Shown here piece by piece: positions 9,101 through 19,400 of a stretch of 36,646 nt of DNA. The translations under genes were made by a program, and so were the position numbers. The notes below the pieces were generated by a model. That model saw only the letters and a list, made by a program, of their open reading frames with translations. It was not told where the DNA came from and ran no database searches. Origin of the DNA: Barthelona sp. PAP020 (lineage: Eukaryota); assembly GCA_040182905.1 (NCBI GenBank), contig JARQWU010000082.1, positions 1 to 36,646 of the forward strand, in the 5' to 3' direction. The number at the start of each line of letters is the position of its first letter. Position 1 is the first letter of the stretch.

Positions 9101-12100
9101 AAAAGAATATTTAGACATCACTCTACCTATTCTTGTCCAGATATTGCTTGGTAAAATGGTTAAAAGAGCTGGTGGAGCAGTTATTAAAATTAAAGGGTTG
9201 AATGCCAATTCTGGAACAAAGTACACACCTGGTTCAAGAAGAAATGCTGTTTTATCATCATTGCGCGTTTTTTCTCAAAACAGTTTGAATGTTGTTTTTG
9301 AATATGGTTTAGACATTTTTGAACATATTCTTCCAATGTTCGATGATGTAGAAGATATGGAGGTTATTTGTGAAGAGTTATGGAATTGTAGAGCAATGTG
9401 CTTTACTTTAGACAGACTTAGAGGGTCGTTGTACTTTATTCAAGGTCTATTTAAGTATCTTGGTGATTATTTGACGGAAGAATACTTGCAAATTTATTTC
9501 AACATCTTGAAACTAGTTGGACATTTTATATTGCAATATATTCCCAACCAAAATATACTTTCCAAAAAGGGTTCACAAAAATTGGCCCGTGTTTTTTTTG
9601 AAATCTTGGGGAATTTAACTGAGTCTTTAAGATTCAATCGCATTTCGGTGGATAAGATTAGCAAAATGATTGTTTCTTTGTATTCAAACATTTTAGCAAT
9701 TGTGCCTATTTCTACATTGAGTTCTTATGGTAGTGTTGCTATTCTGCATGCAATTTCTGCAGATCCCATTTTATATCAATTTAATAGTTATCAAAACGCA
9801 TTTATTGAACATTTTGCTGGATTGATTGATTCTTTAGTACATTTTTCTCAACATAAAAAATTCAACGAGTTATTCAGTATGGCGGTTCGAACAATAGACA
9901 ATTTTCTAACTTCTTTCGATGATCAAATGCCATATCACGATCAATTTGTCAAATATTTGGAAGGTTGTCAACGTGATGAATCATATGTTGAACGTGGGCT
10001 TGGTGATCGAAATGCCAGTGATAAAGAAACTGTGTTTAGTTTTGTGTTTCAACCCAATATTGATCAGTTGATGGAGACTTTGATCACAATTTTATTAGAC
10101 CATTCAAACGTATCTTTCCTTCGGCAAACTAATTCTAGTAACATTAGATTGTTGCTAACTGTTCTTTATAGAATATTTATCTTTGAACTGCCGTTACAAA
10201 GTGTTCAGCATGTGACAAATTCTCTTTTCAATTTATTGGAAGACTTTTGCACTCGTTTAGATCTATTCAATGTATTTTTCAAACGTTTGAAAAGTACTGA
10301 ACTATTATTTGCTTTATTAGAACAAGTTTTAGTTGCTAATCAAATAAAAATATCAGAAAAACAGATTGATGTTCTGTTCACTTTATTACCTGCATTAAGA
10401 CAAATAAAATATGAATTGAATGAGGGTAAATACACAATTTCCAACAAAAGGAAGGCAGATTGCAAGAGTGTATCCTCTCGATTTTTGAATTACATTTGTA
10501 ATTCCTTGGTGTTTGTTACAGAACATCAATTACCAGAATTAACCATAGTTACCCCGTTATTTTTCAATATGGAAGGTTTGTTGGAACAGTCAAAAGTTTT
10601 TTCAGAGATTATTGATGTTCTACGAGACATTCAAATGGTTTCTAATAATATCGATGAAAAGTTGTTAAAAGACTACAACATCATTCGGAGGAGCAGTGTG
10701 GATTCAAATATTGAAAATATATTTCAAAAGATCTTGCAAAAGGGTGATGATAATCATATAAGTGTTTTAGTATTGGGAAAGACGTTAATCTCTTTGATTC
10801 ACATTGATAATCGATACATTGAAGATGAAGCAAAAAAGGCTTTATCTGCTTTTTTCTTGGAATTTGCTGGTTCAAATTATCTTTTTGATGAAATCTTTGA
10901 AATGCTGAAAAGAATGTGCCTTTATTCTATTGGCAAGATTCGCAACAGCGGTTTGTTGTTGTTTGGACAATTGATTACCATTGTTGATAATTCGTCGTTT
11001 GAACATTACAAAGTGTTGGATTCTCAAATAAAACTTTCTGGCATTGATGAGACAAGATGGTTCGAGGCTTTAGCTTCTCAGCGTTTAAAAACAAAAGTTC
11101 GAGCAGTACATGGCTTATCAGATAGCATAGCGGCCAATGCCATTGATATCCCTTTCTCTTTTTTAAGATCGTTTGTTTTTCCATTGGTATTCAGTTTGAT
11201 CGAAGAATATGTCAGTATTTTGCATCGAGGAGGAAAAAGAAAAGAAAACAATCCTGAAGCTCGCAAAGACATGAATTCTTTGACTGACATTTGTTGTTCT
11301 TTCTATGCTAGGGCTGTTGAAGAACGTCCTTACACACAATATTTGCGTGTATTGCGTTTTTTCATCGTGAAATTAAAAAGGAAAAGTGTTACAAAAATGA
11401 AAATGTTATTCAAAAGATGCCTTGGTGTTATTGTGTCCATCTTAGATCGTTTCCATTTCGATCCCTTGAATGGAGTGGATGGTAATGACATGGGATTTGT
11501 ATTACAAGCGGATTCTGAAAGTGAAGATGAAGATGAGAATATTGATGATGAAATTGAAAGTGAGGTTGAACTCGGTGATATTGAAGAAGAAGATGAAGAT
11601 GAAGAAGATGAAGAGGAAAACAATGAAGAAGTGGAAGAAAATGATGAGGATGATGAGGAAAAAGAAGAAGAAGATGAAGAGGAGGAAGAAAAAGATGAGG
11701 AAAAAGAAGCTGATGAAAATTCTCCGCCAACAGAGTTGACTTCTGATAAAAAAATTCAAGAGATTGACTTCAAAAGTGAAGTAATCCCCCCGAATACTGT
11801 TGCAGCTTCTTTGTATGATCATGCTTTAAAACCATTATCCAAGCATTTAGTTGATCGAAAACGACGTTTACGTTTACCCATGACAAAATCGATTGTACGT
11901 TTGTTGCATGAATTGCCCATGGGTGTTGCTGATCGTATTGTTCCAGAAATAATCTATAATGCAACTTTATCACTTCGTGAGGTTGATGAAGAAGTTCGTG
12001 ATGAAGGTCGAGATGCAATTGGAGACACATTAACCGTGTTGGGTGTAAGATACCTCAAATTTACTGTTGACACTATGAGCTCATCTTTGGATAAAGGTTT

Positions 12101-14864
12101 TAGAGTTCATGTTTTCCATTATACAGTCTTTGACATTCTTAAGCGATTGCAGGAAGCGGATATGGATTATTCTGAACCTCATTATGAGTTGGATACATTG
12201 ACCAGGTTTTTGATACCGATCATGTTAAAGAACATATTTGGTAGTGTCAGTGAAGAGAAAGAAGTTGATAAATTGAAAGTGAAGGGAAAGGAAATATCCA
12301 GAGTACGTGGACCAGAAGGATTCTATTCTTTGGGTTGCTTGGTTTCATTAAATCCCACTGGTTATGAAGTTGTTCAGTATTTGTCTAAACGAGCATTGAA
12401 CGCTTTAAATACTAGAGAATTGAATAAATATGAAGATTGTATGAATCGTTTCTTACGTGGAGTTATTAAGTCTGAAAGATTTGAAGATCATGATGTTTTG
12501 CATTTGGTTCGTTATTTGCTACATAGTACCGTTGATTTAACTTCCCAACAAACAAAGAACGTCCATGCTTCTATTCCATTAATTACGAGAGATGACTATA
12601 ATGTCATTTCCAAGCGCCGTTTACAAACAACTGATGAAAGGGATAAGCTTGCCCCAAAAACAGTTTTTTCATTTTTAGAAAAGAAGAGCAGTATGATTAG
12701 TGATCGTGCCCAAACATTTTTGAATGATGCTGGTACCAAATTATTACAAGCTTTTTTGAAGCTAAGAACCCGAAAAGAATTGAGTACTGAAGAGAATTTG
12801 AGTGATTTGGAACTAATAGTCAGTGACAGTGGTAAATTATTCAGTCAAAGAAAATTCAATGCGTTAATTGAAAGTCTAATCAGATGCTTTGAGTATTTAA
12901 CCAATTTACCGTTATTAAGTGTTATGAATGAAGACATTTTGAACGATTTATTTTTTTATTTGACAAAGTCAACGAAAGAGCAGGGAAATTTGCAAATTGC
13001 AACCATACGTTGTATTGCGAATATTTTAAAGAAGCAAGATGATGAAAAACTATGGAGAGCATATTTGAAACGATTCTCGGAAGATTTAGAAGGACATAAA
13101 CAACCTAATCGTTTAAATAATACTCAACTGAAAGCCATTATTAATTTTTGTCGAGTTTATTTGGTAGATATGGAAATCTCGTCCAGTGTGTTTACTTTAA
13201 TTGATTTGATTATCAAAAGGAAGTTAATTGACCCTACTGTTTATGACTTGATGGAAGACATGAGAAGAAAATTATTAGTCACTGAAAATGACTTCATTAG
13301 AATTCATATCGAAAGGACTTTAATAGACTTTTACCTTCAGTATCCTCTAAAGAAAGGAAAACAATTGGAAATTTTTGAATTTATTTTTAACAACATCCGT
13401 AGCTCTCATGTCATTGAAAACTATGCAAAATGTCACTCTTTGCTAAGAGTATTGGACCAAATTATGGTGGTTTTTCCTCCAAAATATTTAGAAGAACATG
13501 GAATTGTCCTATATTTATCTTTGATGAGCATATGTACCAAGTTGGATGATAGATGTTTCCAAATATATGATGGGATTTGTTTGAAGTTAATTGATTTGAT
13601 TTTTTCTTCAAAGAATAACGGATTGATCAAAAATATATTTGAGTTAACAAATAAATGGTTACCGGAAAAATTAAGCGTTGATTCAAAAGATATTTTAAAG
13701 GCATACACCGGAATAAAGGCTTATAGTTTCTTGTCAAAATGTTCTGAAAAATTCCCAAAGAATCAGACAAAAATTTTCATCTCAAACATTTCAAAATTTG
13801 TTCAGTACATCACAGAACTCATTTATAAGCACAAAAGAAACCAAAATGAATTACTTTCTGAGTATCAATATTCTTTTGTTAAAAAGTGTCCATATTTAGC
13901 CATTTCCTCCTTTTCAAAGTTCATATCCAAATACAAAAAGGAGGAAAAAATCGCCGTATTACATTGCATTTTATCACTAACCAATAATTTAGACACAACT
14001 ACTGCCATACAATTGTTTATTGACACGTATATGTTGTTTATTGAGAATTGGAATCATTTGTTGGATAATTCATTTGGTTTTGTTCCCACTTTATTAACTC
14101 GTTCAATCTATCTTTTGAATGGTATCAGTACCATTGAAAATCTGAATAATACAGTAGCAAACAATAAACCTTTATTTTTACTCATAAGAGGATTATCCAA
14201 AAAATTTATGGAAAATCCTTCTTTCAATTATGGTTCACCAGCAAACTATCAGAATCCAATTGAAGAAGCCATTGAACAAGAGTTCAAAAGTAGAGTGTTT
14301 TTAACCAATGCTTTTGATGATGCTGAAAATGCTGATTTTGTAACATTTGATGCAGAAGGTTGTAGGCCAATGGTTAACGCTTGTAAACAAGTGGCTAATA
14401 TAGTTACAAAGCCTAATATTTTACCGGATTATTTGGAGGAATGTTTGAAACTTCTAAAATATTTTTATAAAATTTGTGCCAAAGACAATCACACTATCAA
14501 GTCTTGTTTACAAATTTCAAAGGGAAAATTAGATTTTCTTGACAATTCAAGACTTCCTTTACACAACAACAATGATGTTAAAGCAACAATCAATGAAATT
14601 TATAAATTGCTTGATAAAACCGTGGATCCAACAATTTACACAGAGGCCAAAGATGAAATGAAGAAAAGAAAGATCGAATATAACATTGTGCGGGAAGAAA
14701 AATTGCTAAGACAAAAAGAATTTGGTTTTGATGGATCAAAGAAGAAGAAACCAAGAAAAAATCGAGAAAGTGGGGAAAAAACTCGAGTCACTTCTACTTT
14801 CAGTGAAGAATTAGGAAATTCTTCAGAATCAGACATATCAATGAAAAAAGATCCTTCCTTTTAA
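6102..14864 (+). CDS. UTP20: U3 snoRNP/SSU processome HEAT-repeat protein UTP20 (DRIM)
   Basis: 2920-aa helical repeat protein; N-terminal RFKFLNINERINKID, internal RRNAVLSSL, KGFRVHVFHYTV, IFGSVSEEKE and FYLQYPL segments match Utp20 motifs. Confidence 0.88.
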   Translation: MVKTELLTYLGLSETESASIKVYDEKSGRFKFLNINERINKIDPRSGTKITSKSSDYQVLGELPIGFRTFFEFYLDIWKDQDISQLFKDKSEYFFEICKNKEIILDELDKIMKSIFDLLNSPHYTSLNTGLWLSYALCRDVGAEIFFDYFLEIFSFCLDLVKYGNLNILSDIFAIFSMYFRYIPEVIYERFGDFYQVLQTCLNHEKAHVRRLIAEACGYLLCRSDAKLSKIVHIIVEPVVKDHFDENLADGIAYFLFQAVENRINIKYVSNVLRTRSYALFSELLKVSKNNKGINDILFRLMVVTLDFGNDKSSFELLFDVFEEAEYVDETLVELWSKWYIKFPSNERMLELAKKQVSNSFILGNIFGRVFNGVKIEGKQHEFIQSFELITVEDKILFYEGFLSITLANKNLLNKKKLLSPLVEKVFIADENKRLKYFSNLIEDPTPFEIGNYLLKTEFSFSSECMSVLLDSLINFSEYTEENIILILVLLLKNKKSAKKSSFSADLLKFSELFDKSKYSSTTNSLWYCLLVKEDIFEFDDVSSWVDENVNNIDGLFLLKYCNFDISNVKQYQQQMIDNLLNFNVHVRCFSVEFLEMLETNLDLSQLDRIMKDVYNLQTVRDKMAIVLRLSSRFKDDDVSELEKEILLKFCIGNLSLSIKNLSDKFEEALSAILCECDAHQMNIFIETMSNWAKSLSVENHMFLVDVPQIKDIENAGKTTVEQHREDSSKNLTKNFFEWKHNSMIESMELFKIFGSTFYALRELEDHFTPNSFAKYATNDFVGISRYRRLGHHRHALVSLVKSSFASLSTKKKLRNAFLPLVEHFLRTQHDIFYDKASIDVEEYHTILPIWHSWLHGDEEDLSQYLWFKREARTTIIALLDCYLDGIAHIRKIEIDKDWIHKLSLEIFSLLNKTDPGIQWRAFSAFNVFRNSEGNEFPNIKTKLPLPSKFNNLKQVFGESSNVWDLIDEKSFRTLLTTLVSDVNSQLTNTNAIVESPMLKKEYLDITLPILVQILLGKMVKRAGGAVIKIKGLNANSGTKYTPGSRRNAVLSSLRVFSQNSLNVVFEYGLDIFEHILPMFDDVEDMEVICEELWNCRAMCFTLDRLRGSLYFIQGLFKYLGDYLTEEYLQIYFNILKLVGHFILQYIPNQNILSKKGSQKLARVFFEILGNLTESLRFNRISVDKISKMIVSLYSNILAIVPISTLSSYGSVAILHAISADPILYQFNSYQNAFIEHFAGLIDSLVHFSQHKKFNELFSMAVRTIDNFLTSFDDQMPYHDQFVKYLEGCQRDESYVERGLGDRNASDKETVFSFVFQPNIDQLMETLITILLDHSNVSFLRQTNSSNIRLLLTVLYRIFIFELPLQSVQHVTNSLFNLLEDFCTRLDLFNVFFKRLKSTELLFALLEQVLVANQIKISEKQIDVLFTLLPALRQIKYELNEGKYTISNKRKADCKSVSSRFLNYICNSLVFVTEHQLPELTIVTPLFFNMEGLLEQSKVFSEIIDVLRDIQMVSNNIDEKLLKDYNIIRRSSVDSNIENIFQKILQKGDDNHISVLVLGKTLISLIHIDNRYIEDEAKKALSAFFLEFAGSNYLFDEIFEMLKRMCLYSIGKIRNSGLLLFGQLITIVDNSSFEHYKVLDSQIKLSGIDETRWFEALASQRLKTKVRAVHGLSDSIAANAIDIPFSFLRSFVFPLVFSLIEEYVSILHRGGKRKENNPEARKDMNSLTDICCSFYARAVEERPYTQYLRVLRFFIVKLKRKSVTKMKMLFKRCLGVIVSILDRFHFDPLNGVDGNDMGFVLQADSESEDEDENIDDEIESEVELGDIEEEDEDEEDEEENNEEVEENDEDDEEKEEEDEEEEEKDEEKEADENSPPTELTSDKKIQEIDFKSEVIPPNTVAASLYDHALKPLSKHLVDRKRRLRLPMTKSIVRLLHELPMGVADRIVPEIIYNATLSLREVDEEVRDEGRDAIGDTLTVLGVRYLKFTVDTMSSSLDKGFRVHVFHYTVFDILKRLQEADMDYSEPHYELDTLTRFLIPIMLKNIFGSVSEEKEVDKLKVKGKEISRVRGPEGFYSLGCLVSLNPTGYEVVQYLSKRALNALNTRELNKYEDCMNRFLRGVIKSERFEDHDVLHLVRYLLHSTVDLTSQQTKNVHASIPLITRDDYNVISKRRLQTTDERDKLAPKTVFSFLEKKSSMISDRAQTFLNDAGTKLLQAFLKLRTRKELSTEENLSDLELIVSDSGKLFSQRKFNALIESLIRCFEYLTNLPLLSVMNEDILNDLFFYLTKSTKEQGNLQIATIRCIANILKKQDDEKLWRAYLKRFSEDLEGHKQPNRLNNTQLKAIINFCRVYLVDMEISSSVFTLIDLIIKRKLIDPTVYDLMEDMRRKLLVTENDFIRIHIERTLIDFYLQYPLKKGKQLEIFEFIFNNIRSSHVIENYAKCHSLLRVLDQIMVVFPPKYLEEHGIVLYLSLMSICTKLDDRCFQIYDGICLKLIDLIFSSKNNGLIKNIFELTNKWLPEKLSVDSKDILKAYTGIKAYSFLSKCSEKFPKNQTKIFISNISKFVQYITELIYKHKRNQNELLSEYQYSFVKKCPYLAISSFSKFISKYKKEEKIAVLHCILSLTNNLDTTTAIQLFIDTYMLFIENWNHLLDNSFGFVPTLLTRSIYLLNGISTIENLNNTVANNKPLFLLIRGLSKKFMENPSFNYGSPANYQNPIEEAIEQEFKSRVFLTNAFDDAENADFVTFDAEGCRPMVNACKQVANIVTKPNILPDYLEECLKLLKYFYKICAKDNHTIKSCLQISKGKLDFLDNSRLPLHNNNDVKATINEIYKLLDKTVDPTIYTEAKDEMKKRKIEYNIVREEKLLRQKEFGFDGSKKKKPRKNRESGEKTRVTSTFSEELGNSSESDISMKKDPSF
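11510..11718 (+). repeat. GAA/GAT-rich low-complexity tract encoding an acidic D/E loop of UTP20
   Basis: About 70 codons dominated by GAA/GAT/GAG; the source of spurious antisense ORFs. Confidence 0.85.
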
Positions 14865-14931
14865 GGAAAATCTTGCGGATTTACTATAAACAACAGTATT
14901 TTTTTTTAGACTCAATGAATGATCCGTAAAC

Positions 14932-15345
14932 ATGGATTATTTCACATGTAGAACAACCATTTTCTATCCATTGTCAGGGGTGAGGATCGATGCAAAATCT
15001 GATAATTTGAGCCAAAAATGTGTGACAAACTATTTGAGAACACAGAAGAAAGTGTTTAACACTGAAGGAAGAGGATTAAATTTGCACAAAGGACGAAAAT
15101 TTTCCATAAATTCAACTGTTGAGTGAAAGCAATCCACATTTTTTATTGAAACAAATAAGATATTGGTCCCCATTGTTGACATTGTGGCTCCTCTTATGGG
15201 AAACTCAACAGCAAAAGCCACGTCTTCCAACAAGAAATCTTTAAATGACAAATTCAGAGAAAGACTAAACAGATTTATGAAAAGAATAAAGTTTTCCTTT
15301 CGAAACAACAGAAAGTTTTGGCAAGTCCAAAAAATGACAAATTGA
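14932..15345 (+). pseudogene. Possible small gene or pseudogene interrupted by one in-frame TGA (or a short intron)
   Basis: ORFs 14932-15126 and 15163-15345 share a frame and are separated only by TGA at 15124-15126; no recognisable homology. Confidence 0.25.
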
Positions 15346-15457
15346 CAAAAATATAAAAAAAAAAAAAATTCCAACAAATTTGTTTATGGATTCGAGAGAA
15401 CACAACATTTGTTCAGAAAATTTCCAAAATTGTGTATAAATCGCAAGAAATAATTAT

Positions 15458-15787
15458 TTAGTTTTCAACCATTTCCATAATCTTAGATTCACCTTCATCA
15501 GTAACAGCAAGAGCAGCACAACGGAAAAGCTTACCACAAGCATTACCAAGTTCGATATTATTACCTGAAAAATTAACGACAGGAATACGATTAAGCATAG
15601 AATAATAATGGAATTGAGATTTCATTAAAGGAGGGCAGTTAGCAGCTAATAAAATAACCTTAGCTTCACCAGTACGGATAGCCTTGAAAGTTTGTTTGAT
15701 TCCAAGTTTAGCCTTACCAGACTTCATAACTAAAGATAAACGAGAGTTAATAGATTGTTGATACTTCTTTGAACCCTTTGGTGCCAT
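15458..15787 (-). CDS. RPL30: 60S ribosomal protein L30 (eL30)
   Basis: SINSRLSLVMKSGK...LG.KQT.KAIR.G.AK..LLAANCPPL.KS...YY.ML...GNNIELG.ACGKLFR signature. Confidence 0.99.
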   Translation of the reverse strand: MAPKGSKKYQQSINSRLSLVMKSGKAKLGIKQTFKAIRTGEAKVILLAANCPPLMKSQFHYYSMLNRIPVVNFSGNNIELGNACGKLFRCAALAVTDEGESKIMEMVEN

Positions 15788-16427
15788 TTTGTTGGGAGAA
15801 AATTATCTAAGTGAAAGAAATTTTTTCAATTTTTTTGAAATTTTTTTTCTTTTCTGTTAACATTGTTAAACCACTCTTAAAGACAATAAAGTATTTATAC
15901 ATTTCATCAATAATGTTATAATTAAAATAGTGGATGTTTTTCTGATACATACTTTTTCCCGTAACCATTTGTTTCACATGATTTTTAATGATATAAAATG
16001 GTTTTTTAATGCAAAAAAAATTCTTCTTCAATGACATGAACTTTGAACAATATTCAATAAACGAATTTTTTTTATTGATTTTCTTTGATAATTACAAACA
16101 AATTATACTTATGATACCTATTTTATGGATAGTTTCAAAAAGAGAAAAAAAAAATCTTGTTAACTGAGAAAAATCCTCAACAAATGAAGAAAAGGAAGAA
16201 CAAAATTATCAAATGCACTCAATGGATAAAAATTTTACAAGATTTATCATCGAAAAAAAACTACATCGTTTTTTTTCATGATAATTTTTTTCAAAATTGG
16301 GTTTTTTTGAAGGAAAGTTCAATTAATAAAATTAAAAAGAATAATTAAAAAAAAAAAGAAAACAATCAGAATAGTTTATTGTGCGCAAATCTGGGTGAAA
16401 TCTAGGCCAAAACATTTTTACTCTTTC

Positions 16428-19400
16428 ATGAATGTTTGGTGTGATGCATCAATCATATTTCATGCAATTGTATCGATAATATATTATTTAAAAAGAAGAA
16501 AGAATTTTCCGAATGGTACATTTGATTCATCATCATTTAAATGGATATATGTTTTTATTGTAATAATATTATGTTTATATGATATATACATATCAATATT
16601 TAAAATATCCATTTTGTACAATGATAAAATCATTGTACATCAGAGTATATTTTTTATCTGTATATTTTTTGTGTATCAAATGTTGTTATGGAATGTAATA
16701 AATCATATGTTTGATAAACAAAACAAAAAATATGAAAATATCTTTCAATTTTTGATAATGACGATTATAATATTGATTTCAGTTTTTTCCATCTTTATAA
16801 AGAAATTTGAACAAAAAAATGTATTAATTATTTTTCCTTCATGTGCCTTAAGTTTATATTTATCAAGAAAGCTTAATTTTAATCAGGCTATTTCTTTAAA
16901 AGATTTTTATGCTTCCATAATGAAACACAAAAAAAAATTAGACAATGGACACACAATGTTTGGCAAAGATTTTAACAATATCATAATATATGAAAGAACA
17001 AGTTTGAAAAGAATTCTTTTAATTTTAACAATACCTTTAGTACTCAATATTTTTGAAGTATACGTTGCTACAAATGATATAAAAAATGTAATTATTAATG
17101 CAAGTGTTTATGTTTATTCCAATTTTATAATTGTTTTTTTTCCATTGAAATATTTGATATTTCATCCTTTTATCTTACAAATTTTTGTTGTTTTGAATAG
17201 GATAGTGTATGAAATAATTGTTTCAAATGGAAGAAATAGTGTTTTTATTTCATTGTTGGTTAGTTATTCAATATTGTTTCTTTTGTTGTATTTTGCTAAT
17301 ATTTATTATGATACACGTAAAATTGAGGAGTTGAAGTTCTTTTATTCACCAAAAGCAGATACTTTCAAATCCAGTATCATTAGAAACCGTTTTTTGAATA
17401 ACCTTTATGTCTTGTTTTTTTTAACTTTTGTTTTTGTATGCCTGTTAGATCATTTTTTTTCTGTTGACTTTCTATTACAAAGAAAGCAGGTTATATTTTT
17501 TATCTTTATTTTTTCTTGCTTTTTTTTTATTATTTTTATTGTTTGTCGCTTGGTCTATAAAGAATTGTTTAAAAAGGTAAATCTTTTGATTGATTTTACC
17601 CTATTTGGTATTTGGAACGCTAAAGACAAATCAATATGGTCAGAATCCATATTTCACGAAGATAATGTTCAAAATATTAAGAAAAAGAAGTTGACTTTTG
17701 ATTTAAAAAATCAAATCCAGTTATGGTTAGCAAAATCCATATTTCCTGCTTCATTTAAAATCTTTTTAATCTATGATATATGTGGTACTATTATATTGGA
17801 AATTTTGATGTTCTTGCTGGATTATATTTTTGGGAAATATTTGAGCAAATATTTTAATTATTCAGACAATCATCAAATTTTTACATATGGTTCTTTGATA
17901 CTGTTATTTTTTTACGCTTATGTTTGTGCATTTACCTTTATAACGTTGAATAAAATGCCTATCATTGTATTCAAAGACGATTTTTCCACTCAATTGAGAA
18001 CTTTTTTTAATTATGTGAGTTTTTTCAAATATTACAAATATTTGGTTATTTTTTTAAAATCTATAATGTTGATATTCATTGGTTTTACATTAAATGATGA
18101 GCTTGGTCTAATAATTTGTTATGTGATAGTTCCTGGAATTCACACATCTTTGATTATTGTCATCACGATGAATTCAAAGAAAATGAATGTTTTTGAATGT
18201 TTTTCAACAATTGTTTTGGTTTTTCCATGGATTTGTCGTTTTTTTTTTCAAAATACGGGTTATGATCAATATTTAAACCCTCTTTTGTGCTTTGTTTTAT
18301 TGATACATGTATTTATTTACTTTTATGCTTTAATTTTTTCTTTCAATGTGACTATATCAAAATGGCAGGTAAAGAATGTGTTTTTGATGTTGCTTTGTGT
18401 GTTGGTCCCACTTTTTATCATTTTTGTTGAACATTTCCAAAGTCTTTATAACAAGCTTTTGGATACTTATTTTGTTCAATGCGTTGTATTTTTGATAATT
18501 TTCAGTATTTATTTGATCCAATGTGCAAATCGATTCAATACATATATAATTCATGTGTCCAATTATTCTGGCAGACACTCTGAATCTCATGTTTTTTTTA
18601 TTTATTATTTTATATTAATTTATCTTTTAGAAAAAATATGGGAAAAAATTTCATTTAGTTTTTCGATACCCATTTTTTTGTGTGTGTTGTTCAGTATTGT
18701 TGTAATATATGCTATACTGAATTTACATTTATTAGATTCGACTTTGTTGTTTGGTAAAGACCCTTTTTTAAAAAATGTTTATTTTGGCAAAGGGATTAAT
18801 CCTATCATTAAATTCGATGGATTTGCTAGAAAAACAATGGATTTATCCAAGAATATTCAATTGATGTTCATTACCTTGATTTTGAGCTGCTTTTTCTTTA
18901 CTTTCTGTTTCATTACCATAAAGAATATCTTAGGACAGTTGTTTTTGATTATCTTAATAATTTTAATTTTTTCAGTGACAATCATGTTGGATCAAAACAA
19001 GACAACGTACATATTTATAATTCAACATCTATTTGACAAAGAAATACTTAATGTTTTGGCAGGTCTATTTGAAGGTCAATTATTCTACGATTATTTGTTC
19101 ACAATCAATTCTAAAAATCAGAAGGGCAATTGTTATAGTTGTGATGAGATGAAACATTTTAAAGAGTTGAGTGATTTGCTCTTCATAAAACGAAATTTAG
19201 ATTTCAATAGTGTGATGAATTCTGTTGATACTGGTGTCATTGAAGAGGAGAAATTCAATGGAAGTGCTTGTTCATTAGGTTCAGTTTCCGGGACAGGATC
19301 AATTGATTCGTTAGATTCCATTGAGGCGATGATTAATGACAACAGTTTTATACATGAATTTGAGAGTTCTACAAGAAAAAATAATCACTACAAAATAGGA

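Noticed and set aside
11330..12030. Antisense and alternate-frame ORFs over the UTP20 acidic tract
   Set aside because: By-products of GAA/GAT low complexity (poly-S, poly-F/I, poly-K/M translations).
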